IMG/VR virus record: IMGVR_UViG_3300045988_036168
Length of the DNA: 64,000 nucleotides
Direction: 5' to 3' (one strand)
DNA from: a virus
The notes under the pieces were generated by a model. It saw nothing but the letters and a program-made list of their open reading frames with translations. It did not search any database and was not told the origin of the DNA. The position numbers and the translations under genes were made by a program. Shown here in pieces: positions 1-7,825 of the stretch. How positions within the stretch are numbered: the first letter of the stretch is position 1; each line of letters opens with the position of its first letter.

Positions 1-673
1 GGGGCGTATTCGTGGATACGGTGCCGTCATCAGAGACCAAGAGTGTAGAGGGAAGAACCAAAGCGGGGCGGATGCCGAACGAGTAGGATGCGTAGTAGTG
101 GCTGCAGCCGCCATCGGTGAGGACGACCCACACGTAGTTGGTGTTGATGGTGAGCGGGGAGCGGAGCCACCAGCCGGCGGCCGATCCGTTCAGGTACGCA
201 ACTCGCTTCGAGTCTGCATTATTGGTGACGCACGAAGCAAAATAGCTCAGTACAGCACCTTCGCCAGAGTCGATATAGCTGTGCTCGTAGTGAACTTCAG
301 GGGCGCTCAGCAAGAAGATCTTGCAAGGCAAACCGTTTGCTCCCTGCTGCGTCGTACCACCAGAACCGCCGTTCTTGCGATACGGGAGCTTTACCTGCTT
401 GATTGCGCCCTGAATGTTGCTATCAAACAGTTTCAAGAACGTGTTGTTCAGGTAAGAGTGGATGTCGCTGCTTTCGTACTTGTTGATATTTCCGCTCTGC
501 CAAACGCGGTTCTCGTAGATGTCCTTCATCAGCAGCCAAGTGCCGTTGCAAGACTCGTCGTACACGCTGGACGGCTTGCCCTGATGCACGACGATGAACT
601 CTCTCGCCTTGCCGTTGACCGTCAGCTTGACGGTACTGCCAACGGCCTTGGTGCTCAAAAGCACATTTGCCAT
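1..673 (-). CDS. DGR target protein 1, partial (3' end beyond window); WWLRSP...GIRPAL variable-domain framework (C-type-lectin-like / DUF6273-like, from memory)
   Basis: ATG 673-671 with AGGAGG at 687-682; hand translation MANVLLSTKAVGSTVKLTVNGKAREFIVVHQGKPSS...LNGSAAGWWLRSPLTINTNYVWVVLTDGGCSHYYASYSFGIRPALVLPSTLLVSDDG stays open to nt 1; absent from ORF track because truncated. Confidence 0.8.
   Translation of the reverse strand, partial: MANVLLSTKAVGSTVKLTVNGKAREFIVVHQGKPSSVYDESCNGTWLLMKDIYENRVWQSGNINKYESSDIHSYLNNTFLKLFDSNIQGAIKQVKLPYRKNGGSGGTTQQGANGLPCKIFLLSAPEVHYEHSYIDSGEGAVLSYFASCVTNNADSKRVAYLNGSAAGWWLRSPLTINTNYVWVVLTDGGCSHYYASYSFGIRPALVLPSTLLVSDDGTVSTNTP
32..62 (-). promoter_or_regulatory. 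Conserved post-VR flank (candidate IMH-associated target-recognition element), copy 1
   Basis: 25/31 nt identical to 48210-48240 next to VR2, incl. identical 12-mer AGAGACCAAGAG (+ strand) 19 nt from both repeats; sequence next to TR (2120-2150) is unrelated. Confidence 0.5.
63..185 (-). repeat. DGR variable repeat VR1
   Basis: Gap-free 123-bp alignment to TR (offset 2088); 21 mismatches by hand count, all at + strand T of TR (= coding-strand A). Confidence 0.9.
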
Positions 674-696
674 TTCGTTTTCCTCCTTGATAAGAG

Positions 697-1902
697 TTAA
701 GAGTCAGCCCACGGAGGAACGTCCGTGGGGCGTTGGGCATAAGAAAAGGAGCCGGATTTCTCCGTCTCCCTGTTCTGATGCTGTTTCTTGTAGAGGTTGC
801 GGCATTGGCAAAGCCTTCGCTTATCGCGTACCGCACGGTTTCCGTTGAGTTTCCGGTGGATCTCCACCGGCTCACCGATGATAGCCTCCACCTTCTTTGC
901 GTATTTCGCCCGCAGCTCGTGCGTATCGCCGTATGCCGCGTGTGCGTCCCACGCTCCGAAACTCTGGAGGATAGCGTCCTTCGTAACCTCGCCGCGCTTG
1001 TAGGCTTCCTCCCAGAACTTCACCTTCGCACGGATTCGCTGGATGCTGTCCCGTCGAAGTTTCTGGATGATGCCACCGCTTTCGGTAATGTACGAATGGA
1101 AGCCGAGGAAGTCGATGCCGTTCCTCAGCGGAAAGATGCCAGTCTTCTGGTTCAGCTCCAAACCCCAGCCGTCCATCAGCGCCCGAATGTCCTTCAGGAT
1201 CTCCTTCAACCGCTGTTTGTCTGAGAGGATGACGTAGAAGTCATCCATGTATCGCCCGTAATACTTCAGGCGGTATTTCTCTTTCATCAGGTGGTCGAAC
1301 TCGTCCAGAAACATCAGAGCGAGTAGCTGGCTGGTCTGGTAGCCGAGGGGTAGCCCGTCGGTCGTATTGATGTAGACGCACAGCAGATCATAGATCTGCG
1401 GGTCTACGCCACGCTTATCGAGCAGCGCCTTTAGTTTGCGTTTCAGCTTGTCGTGGTCGATGCTGGCGAAGAAGTGATGCACGTCTCCTTTGAGAATCCA
1501 CCCATTGGTTCCTTGCCTCTCCCGCCGGTAGTAATCGACCATGTGCTGCTTCAGCCGCATCAAACCATCGTTGGTGCCCTTACCGGTCTGACTGGCGAAA
1601 TTGTCCCGAATGAAGCTCTTCGTGATGGCTTCATACAGGATGTTGTCCACGACCGCATGGAGGACGACTTTGTCCACGAACGCGGGTGCTTGGACGAGCC
1701 GCTTCTTCGGCTCATAGACATAAAACACCTCAAACCTGCTCGGAACGTAGGTCTTGGTGCTCAGGATCGTTGACAGCTTCTTGGTACAGGCCAGAACATT
1801 CGCCTCGTACTGGGCGGTTCCCGGCTTTGACCGTTTCCGCTTTCTGGCCTCCAAGTAAGCTGCGTACAGCGTTTCAAAGCTGCACATCTCTTGATAGGTC
1901 AT
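697..1902 (-). CDS. DGR reverse transcriptase
   Basis: Start MTYQEM at 1902 (ORF 697..2139 trimmed); motifs SQTGKGT, LPLGYQTSQ (DGR-type GxxxSQ), YMDDF; TR lies 248 nt upstream. Confidence 0.9.
   Translation of the reverse strand: MTYQEMCSFETLYAAYLEARKRKRSKPGTAQYEANVLACTKKLSTILSTKTYVPSRFEVFYVYEPKKRLVQAPAFVDKVVLHAVVDNILYEAITKSFIRDNFASQTGKGTNDGLMRLKQHMVDYYRRERQGTNGWILKGDVHHFFASIDHDKLKRKLKALLDKRGVDPQIYDLLCVYINTTDGLPLGYQTSQLLALMFLDEFDHLMKEKYRLKYYGRYMDDFYVILSDKQRLKEILKDIRALMDGWGLELNQKTGIFPLRNGIDFLGFHSYITESGGIIQKLRRDSIQRIRAKVKFWEEAYKRGEVTKDAILQSFGAWDAHAAYGDTHELRAKYAKKVEAIIGEPVEIHRKLNGNRAVRDKRRLCQCRNLYKKQHQNRETEKSGSFSYAQRPTDVPPWADS
708..729. repeat. Palindromic hairpin motif CCCACGGA-N6-TCCGTGGG (copy 1 of 3)
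   Basis: 8-bp perfect stem; 13-mer GGAACGTCCGTGG (716-728) identical to 57421-57433; related copy 12376-12393; sits in the last codons of the RT gene, 35 nt before the target ATG. Confidence 0.6.
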
Positions 1903-2150
1903 AAACTCGCTTCTTTGCTGTTGTTGCTTCCTCTGGTCTGGGTATAGGGCAAGCTCCAGACCAGCCATCACTCCTAACACCGGTCGTCTTGCCCCCGGCA
2001 GCCGCAGCATCCAAGTCGGGATGGCGAGCCTCGGTGTGATGTGTTTATCGTCCATCCATGCACAGACGGGCGACAGGATATGACTCCCTTTGATGATGGT
2101 GTACTGTGTTCGTCCCATCGGAGGGATTACTAATCTCACTTTCCATCAGA
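1903..2150 (-). ncRNA. TR-RT spacer, presumed part of the DGR RNA
   Basis: 248-nt gap (in-frame upstream extension of RT ORF has no RBS); 9-bp hairpin 1933-1941/1956-1964; role inferred from the BPP-1 DGR, where the spacer after TR primes cDNA synthesis. Confidence 0.4.
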
Positions 2151-2273
2151 GCGGGGCGGATGCCGTTCGAGTTGGATGCGTTGTTGTTGTTGTAGTTGCC
2201 ATTGGTGTTGACGTTCCACACGTTGTTGGTGTTGTTGGTGTTCGGGGAGCGGAGCCACCAGTTGGCGGCCGAT
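2151..2273 (-). repeat. DGR template repeat (TR)
   Basis: Coding-sense reading AANWWLRSPNTNNTNNVWNVNTNGNYNNNNASNSNGIRPA (16 Asn codons); master copy matching VR1 (123 bp) and VR2 (109 bp). Confidence 0.9.
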
Positions 2274-2321
2274 GCGAGTCATACCCTAACTCAAGGCGGA
2301 TGCCTCCGCCATGAACCCTGA

Positions 2322-2912
2322 TTACTTCCGTGCGGACTGGGCTGCGGAGCAAGCGGACATCACCAGATTGTAGAGGCTCCTGTCCTCCTTTTCCTTCGCT
2401 TCCGAACGGAGCTTGTTGGCTCTGCCGCGGTCTCCCTTCAGCCACGCCATCGCCATATACTTGACGTCTGTGACTTTCTTGGTCCAGACGCCCGCCTTCT
2501 TCACGCTGATGATGCCTTCGTCCATACAGATCGTGATATACTCCAGCAGCAGGGAGCAGCCGTCCACCACTTCCTCGATCTTGTGGATTCTATCCTCATA
2601 CGCCACCACGAAGTTCGTGTTGTTGGCGCGATGGATGTCCGTCAGGATCTTTTTCGCGGTTTCGCGCATATCCTCTCCATACATTCGGAAGGTACTCTTT
2701 GTGAAGCCCTCCTTGTCCTTGGTGTCAAGGACGTGTACGACCTCTTGGCAGACCATCTTGACATCGCAGATGTCGTCGAGCTCGGCAACCCGTGTGATAA
2801 TTGCTCGAACGTCGGCCTTGCTGATGTCGCCGGAGACAACTCTCGTCGCCTGCTTGGTGTACTTCAGAAGCTCCCTTGCTCTGTTGCCAAGCAGAAACTC
2901 CTTATCGGCCAT
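2322..2912 (-). CDS. Putative DGR accessory protein (Avd-like helical bundle with N-terminal extension)
   Basis: 196 aa directly upstream of TR; ANNTNFVVAYEDRIHKIEEVVDGCSLLLEYITIC...VTDVKYMAMAWLKGDRGRANKLR resembles the Avd pattern with a basic C-terminus; longer than typical ~120-130 aa Avd. Confidence 0.4.
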   Translation of the reverse strand: MADKEFLLGNRARELLKYTKQATRVVSGDISKADVRAIITRVAELDDICDVKMVCQEVVHVLDTKDKEGFTKSTFRMYGEDMRETAKKILTDIHRANNTNFVVAYEDRIHKIEEVVDGCSLLLEYITICMDEGIISVKKAGVWTKKVTDVKYMAMAWLKGDRGRANKLRSEAKEKEDRSLYNLVMSACSAAQSARK

Positions 2913-3156
2913 GTCTGCACTTCCTTTCCAGGCATTGCCCGTTTAATACGGCGGCCAGATCTTCAGGCTCGCCGATAAAAATGCAGCAGTCGCTCTTGAC
3001 GGTCAGCGTCCCATAATTTTGAGCGTGGGTCATACCGCAGATGACAAGATCGGTGCTGCGTCTGAGGTCGCACGGAGGCGTGATCGCTGAGAACAGGTTC
3101 CCGATGATGCAGGAAATTTCATCAGCGGGGCGTGAGAAAATGATTTCCTCTGCCAT
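2902..3156 (-). CDS. hypothetical protein (84 aa)
   Basis: Start MAEEII at 3156 in ATGA overlap with upstream gene stop; co-oriented; no motif recognised. Confidence 0.4.
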   Translation of the reverse strand: MAEEIIFSRPADEISCIIGNLFSAITPPCDLRRSTDLVICGMTHAQNYGTLTVKSDCCIFIGEPEDLAAVLNGQCLERKCRHGR

Positions 3157-3542
3157 CAGAACTCGATCCTGCCCAGCGATGCGTTCCATACGCCGGTCAC
3201 GTTGACCGCACTCAGGTCGGTGAAGCCGACGCTGAACGGGTTCTTCGTGATCTCCGTGCCGTACTTCAGCTCGATAGCCTTGACGGCTGCGTCAACAGCC
3301 GCGATGGAAGCGCGGATGTCGCCATGCGCGGTTTCGTCCGTGTTGTGCGCCGCCACATCCTGATCGACGAGATCGTCGGTCTGTTTCCTCGTGTAAGCAT
3401 CAACGTCGGGGCGCTGAGATGCGGTCAGTTTGCCGTTCGCGTCCAGCGTTGCGAGCCCACTCGGCGTACCGACCTGTTCGGTGGTCAGATACTTGCTGTC
3501 ATCGGTCTGAGCCTGACCGACATTTACGGTTCCATAAGCCAT
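3156..3542 (-). CDS. tail-fibre-type protein
   Basis: TPSGLATLDANGKLTASQRP motif typical of phage fibre proteins; position in fibre module. Confidence 0.6.
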   Translation of the reverse strand: MAYGTVNVGQAQTDDSKYLTTEQVGTPSGLATLDANGKLTASQRPDVDAYTRKQTDDLVDQDVAAHNTDETAHGDIRASIAAVDAAVKAIELKYGTEITKNPFSVGFTDLSAVNVTGVWNASLGRIEF

Positions 3543-3551
3543 ATCGTCTGG

Positions 3552-3962
3552 TTACTCCTTTCCCTGATTCAGCCAGTATTCCGCGGAAATAGCGGCGGCC
3601 GGAGCGGTCTTCGCCCATACGCGGATCTTCCCCGCCAACGTCTGGTTGGTCGGAGACATCCCGCAGGCGATAGCCGCTGCCTGACTGTTCGGCGCAATGG
3701 CAATGTCAACACGGTCTTTCGCCGTGATTCCCGCCACAACGATGTCGCAATAACTCGGATAATCTTCCGAGTTCTCGTCGATTCCCCAGCCGGTAGTCGG
3801 AATCGTGATTGCCTTCGTGTTCTGCTTGTCGGCCTTCACATCCTCCATTTCCTGCATCGCCTCCGTCACGGTCTGCGCCAGATTGGCTACCAGACCGTTC
3901 GTAAAGCTCTTCGCCGCTTCCGCACAGGCTTTCAGATGGTTCAGGTATGTCAATTTACCCAT
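3552..3962 (-). CDS. fibre-module protein, paralogous domain to C-terminal part of 6791..7825
   Basis: RBS GGAGG; ITIPTTGW...SPTNQTLAGKIRVWAK parallels ITIPHTGW...CPTVQTLAGALRFWAK in 6791..7825. Confidence 0.5.
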   Translation of the reverse strand: MGKLTYLNHLKACAEAAKSFTNGLVANLAQTVTEAMQEMEDVKADKQNTKAITIPTTGWGIDENSEDYPSYCDIVVAGITAKDRVDIAIAPNSQAAAIACGMSPTNQTLAGKIRVWAKTAPAAAISAEYWLNQGKE

Positions 3963-4041
3963 GCGTTACTACCTCCAAGATGGATAATCACGGGGCGAGG
4001 GTTTTGCCCTCGCCCCTTTTCAGTCTACGCTGTGATTACGC

Positions 4042-4929
4042 TCAGACGGTGGCGGCAAAGACCTCGTTCAGCATCTCAGTCACCTCATTGTCGGTGGCGA
4101 TAGCGCCGTGCACGACGTCGGTAGGCTCGGTGTAGACCGTGACCTCGTCGCCATTGACCTTGACGTTGCCGTTGGTCTCGGAAGCCTCGACCTTGGTAGC
4201 GCCCTCAGCCACACCGCCGAGCTTGGTGCCCTCAGCGTCGGTCATCAGACGCTTGCCAGCCTCGGCAGCGACGAAGTCGTCAGCCTTCTTACCGGAGTCG
4301 GTCAGGTTGCCGTTATCATCGAGGCTGGCGAAGTTGCCGGAAGTGGCGCTCTTGACCTTGTCGGCCTTACCGCTGATGTCGGTCTTTTCGGGAGTGGGGA
4401 CGTACAGGCCGTCGCCTTTCAGGACGAGGACGTTGCCGTCTTCCTTGGAAATGTTGACCTTGACCTCGACCTCATAACCAGCAATCTCGATGGTGGTGGA
4501 AGCATCCTTGCCGGTTTCCTTGGCCTTGTAGGTATCGACCAGAGCGGCCATGTTCAGGAAGCTGTAGGCAACGCTGTCGGGGTTCTCACCCTTGACGGCG
4601 AGGACCATGACAGGCTTGCCGTCAAGGCTGGGGTTGGTGGAGCCGGGATAGGTGGCTTCAGCCCACTTGAACTTGGCGACGAATTCGGTCTTCGCCTGAT
4701 CGAGGAACATTTCGGTCGGGAAGTCGAACGTGAACGCGGCAGTACCGCTCTTGTCCTCGCTCGTGTAGAGGGAGACGGTATTGCCGTCAACCTTACCGGA
4801 CTTGAACGCGGCAGCAGCGGAGTCAGACGCCTTCTTCAGGTCAGCCTTGGTAGCGTAGTCGCTCTTGACCTTCTCAGCCAGGGCCTTCAGTGCTGCGAGT
4901 TTTGCGAGTTTGGAAACATCGTAAGCCAT
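4042..4929 (-). CDS. tail-fibre-type protein
   Basis: N-terminus MAYDVSKLAKLAALKAL shared with 5308..6756; C-terminal ATDNEVTEMLNEVF cassette shared with 4980..5291 and 6791..7825; TKLGGVAEGATKV fibre motif. Confidence 0.55.
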   Translation of the reverse strand: MAYDVSKLAKLAALKALAEKVKSDYATKADLKKASDSAAAAFKSGKVDGNTVSLYTSEDKSGTAAFTFDFPTEMFLDQAKTEFVAKFKWAEATYPGSTNPSLDGKPVMVLAVKGENPDSVAYSFLNMAALVDTYKAKETGKDASTTIEIAGYEVEVKVNISKEDGNVLVLKGDGLYVPTPEKTDISGKADKVKSATSGNFASLDDNGNLTDSGKKADDFVAAEAGKRLMTDAEGTKLGGVAEGATKVEASETNGNVKVNGDEVTVYTEPTDVVHGAIATDNEVTEMLNEVFAATV

Positions 4930-4979
4930 TTTTGTTTTCCTCCAAAAATATACTATATTTGTTTATCGGGACGCTCAGA

Positions 4980-5291
4980 TCAGGCTTCAGATCCGAACAC
5001 CTCGTTAAACATCTCTGTTACCTCAGTATCGGATGCAACCGACACCGCTTCTGCGCCCATAGGCGCAAGATCGCCAGCCTCATTCTGGATGAGGTAGCGT
5101 TTCGCCACGCCGTCGACAATGACGGAAATTTCCTGACCAACATATGCAGTCGGATTACTCTTGGCATATTTCTCTGCCTCAGCCATCGACTTCCACGTCT
5201 CCGTGCCGTCGAGAGAAAAGGCATCCTGACGCTTGATCGTCAGCGGGAACTCCATCTTGGCGTAGCTATTCTGGGTGTTAATGACTGCCAT
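4980..5291 (-). CDS. small fibre-module protein
   Basis: 103 aa; C-terminal SDTEVTEMFNEVF cassette as in flanking fibre genes. Confidence 0.5.
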   Translation of the reverse strand: MAVINTQNSYAKMEFPLTIKRQDAFSLDGTETWKSMAEAEKYAKSNPTAYVGQEISVIVDGVAKRYLIQNEAGDLAPMGAEAVSVASDTEVTEMFNEVFGSEA

Positions 5292-5307
5292 ATTTCATTC
5301 CCTCCTC

Positions 5308-6756
5308 TCAACCGAGCGTGACTTTCAGGACGGCAGCGTTCTCGTACGGAACGGCCGGCTCGAAAACCCACGCATTGTAGTCCTTCGCGGTGTAGCCGTT
5401 TGCGCCTTCGACGGCGACAGTCTTCTTGGTGAAGGTATCGGTCACATCGGCATTCAGCGCAGTCTCGTTGATGACCTTTTTGACACCGGTCTTGCCGGCG
5501 ATGCAGGCGATCACAACGCGATTCGCACCCGCGGGAACATTGACGGTAATGACGCCGGGAGTGTACGCCTTGCCAGACTTGGTCAGGCCACGGATGTACG
5601 CACTGTCCAGAGCCGGCTTCTCAGCGGTTGCGCCGAAGAAGTAGTTGCGGAACGGCGTGTACGCAGCGGAGTCCTTCGTCTTAGACCCAGCCGCAATCGC
5701 AACAGCGGGGTTGGACGCGCCGCCGAGGTTGTCCTCGGCCTGCACACCAGCACCGTGCGTCGCTGTCACGCGGTATTTCAGGCTTGCCACAGCGTTAGCG
5801 CCGCCAGCGTCGCCGATGATGAAGCCGTTTCCGCCGTTGTTGTCGCTGCCCGCAGGCAGGGACGCGGCATCCACAGAGGCCACCTGCTCGGTGCCGCCGT
5901 CGGTGATACGCTCAACCTTCCAGTTGGACGCCACGACGCCAGTACCGGCCTTGGGGCCGTACTTGTAGGAACCGGGGTTCAGGTTGGCAGCCAGATAGGA
6001 CGCGGTTGCAACCGCAGTACCGGCTTCCACTGCACCCGCACCGCTCAGGCCGAAGCCGTTGATGGACGGGTTCGCCGTGATGGTCGGCTGAAGGGTCTTC
6101 GAGGTCAGGTCTTTCAGGATCGCCGCGACGGACTTGCCGGACACTTCCTTTGTGGCCGTGCCGTTCTTGTCCTTCGTCCAGTTGCCGATGCGGTCGTAAT
6201 CGCCCGCCAGCATCAGGTTCTCGCGCATGATGACCTTGTCGGCGTCCACGTTGCCGGTCATCGCTTCCCACGCCTCGCCGGTGTACTGGTACGCAGACTT
6301 CTCGTACTCCTTGCCGCCGACGGTGGTGGTCACGACGAACACATCGCCCGCCTTCGGGGTAATGTCGGTGTGCGCCGCGAAGTACGCCTCGATGACGCTG
6401 CTGTCGGATGCGGACAGGTCGGACTTCGTGCCCTCATAGAGTGCGCCGCCGCCCAGACCAGCCAGAGCCGCTGCCAGTTCTTCGTCGGTCACGCAACCGT
6501 CGAGATTGACCGTGGTGTCATCCAGCAGTTCTACCGCGCCGTCTACCAGAGCGTAGATGTCGTAGTGGCTTGTCTCGGTGTTCTTAACAAGGTACAGGAT
6601 ATTCTCCTGTGCCTCCTCCGCGGTCGGGATAGCTTCGGCCTTCTGGAACGAAGCGTGACCCGCCTTGGAGATAGCCGCCAGATACTCTTTCTTGATACGG
6701 GTAGCCGTGTCTTTCAGAGCCTGAAGGCTTGCGAGTTTAGAGGTGTCGTATGCCAT
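5308..6756 (-). CDS. tail fibre / receptor-binding-type protein
   Basis: 482 aa; N-terminal MAYDTSKLASLQALK cassette; Gly/Ala/Thr-rich C-terminal half; position. Confidence 0.5.
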   Translation of the reverse strand: MAYDTSKLASLQALKDTATRIKKEYLAAISKAGHASFQKAEAIPTAEEAQENILYLVKNTETSHYDIYALVDGAVELLDDTTVNLDGCVTDEELAAALAGLGGGALYEGTKSDLSASDSSVIEAYFAAHTDITPKAGDVFVVTTTVGGKEYEKSAYQYTGEAWEAMTGNVDADKVIMRENLMLAGDYDRIGNWTKDKNGTATKEVSGKSVAAILKDLTSKTLQPTITANPSINGFGLSGAGAVEAGTAVATASYLAANLNPGSYKYGPKAGTGVVASNWKVERITDGGTEQVASVDAASLPAGSDNNGGNGFIIGDAGGANAVASLKYRVTATHGAGVQAEDNLGGASNPAVAIAAGSKTKDSAAYTPFRNYFFGATAEKPALDSAYIRGLTKSGKAYTPGVITVNVPAGANRVVIACIAGKTGVKKVINETALNADVTDTFTKKTVAVEGANGYTAKDYNAWVFEPAVPYENAAVLKVTLG

Positions 6757-6790
6757 TTAATCGCTCCTCTCAATGGTCTTTGCCGGTAAC

Positions 6791-7825
6791 TTATGGGTTC
6801 TCGTCCTCAGAGGGGAAGACTTCGTCCAGCATGGATTCCGTGTCTTCGGTGGAGGCCATGTCGTCGGGGCTGACGCCGCTGGTCGATGCGGTGATCGTGC
6901 CGTCCGCTGCCACAGAGATACCTTTGCCGATCTTTACGCCGCCGAGCCGCGTTGCCGTAGCCACGGGCAGCACATAGGTCGAGCCTCCGCCTCCCCCACT
7001 GCTGCTGGCACCGGGAGATACGAGGGCGATGGTCGCCTCCATATCCTCGTCAGGACTTCTCTTTGCCCAGAAGCGCAGCGCACCGGCAAGGGTCTGCACC
7101 GTCGGGCAAAGGCCAGCGTTTTTCGCGGTCTCAAGGGCCGCTTTATGCAGAGCGACGTTCGGGAACTGCGTTTCCGCAGCCTCCGTCACGGGAACATCGA
7201 CGTAGTAGCGATACTCGTCCATGTCCCACGCGCCCTGTTCATCAGGATTCTCCTCCTGCCATGTCCAGCCGGTGTGGGGAATCGTGATGTCTTTGATGAT
7301 TGCGGTGCCGACACCGCTGATCGCCTCCTGAACCATCGTCCGTACCAGCTCCTCAGCCTCAGCGGACGTGATGAACGCGCCGGGGTTGTAGGTAATCTGG
7401 ACATCGGCATCCAACTCAAGGGCAATCGAAATGGGATAGCGCCGAATGTCAATGCGGTTATCCTTGTAGGCATTGACCGGCTGCGGGCTGTCGCCCAGCG
7501 TTGCGTAGTAGAGCAGGATCTCCTCGGTGTCCTCGGTCTTGGCGAATACGCCAAACTCGCGGAGCCAGAAGCCCTCCTGCAAACCGCCGTTCAGGTCGTT
7601 GCGGTATTCGACCACCATGCTCAGTACGCCGTTCTCCACAGTCGCGACGGACGAAACGCCCTCCGCAACCGGAGTGACCAGCGCGACCATGTCGATAGGC
7701 TCAACACCTTCGGGCATGGCGCCAGAGCCGACCATGATGCGGGTGAACTCAATCGTCTTCCCAGCCATGAGGCTCGTAATGAGATTTCGGCCGGCGACTG
7801 TTACGGTTCCGCCATAGTAGCTCAT
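6791..7825 (-). CDS. tail fibre protein with tail-collar-type N-terminal domain
   Basis: MSYYGGTVTVAGRNLITSLMAGKTIEFTRIMVGSG resembles tail-collar fibre N-terminus; ATATRLGGVKIGKGISV fibre motif; follows baseplate genes. Confidence 0.65.
   Translation of the reverse strand: MSYYGGTVTVAGRNLITSLMAGKTIEFTRIMVGSGAMPEGVEPIDMVALVTPVAEGVSSVATVENGVLSMVVEYRNDLNGGLQEGFWLREFGVFAKTEDTEEILLYYATLGDSPQPVNAYKDNRIDIRRYPISIALELDADVQITYNPGAFITSAEAEELVRTMVQEAISGVGTAIIKDITIPHTGWTWQEENPDEQGAWDMDEYRYYVDVPVTEAAETQFPNVALHKAALETAKNAGLCPTVQTLAGALRFWAKRSPDEDMEATIALVSPGASSSGGGGGSTYVLPVATATRLGGVKIGKGISVAADGTITASTSGVSPDDMASTEDTESMLDEVFPSEDENP

Larger units (their letters stand above)
1..2912 (-). mobile_element. Diversity-generating retroelement cassette (avd-like gene, TR, RT, target gene with VR1)
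   Basis: DGR-type RT adjacent to an AAC-rich 123-bp template repeat whose copy in the neighbouring gene differs only at template adenines. Confidence 0.9.

Noticed and set aside
98-700. ORF 98..700 (+) as a real gene
   Set aside because: It is antisense to the RBS-preceded DGR target gene that carries VR1 in frame.
697-1902. RT as a retron, group II intron or Abi-type RT
   Set aside because: The adjacent TR with adenine-specific VR copies and the GxxxSQ motif point to a DGR. No intron-like RNA domains or msr/msd-like repeats were seen.
1903-2139. 80-codon N-terminal extension of the RT ORF
   Set aside because: There is no RBS, it runs into the TR-proximal spacer, and the RT homology starts at MTYQEM (1902).
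2090-2445. ORFs 2090..2314 (+) and 2146..2445 (-) covering the template repeat (poly-Val / poly-Thr translations)
   Set aside because: They are artefacts of translating the AAC-rich TR in other frames or on the other strand. TR is a non-coding template.
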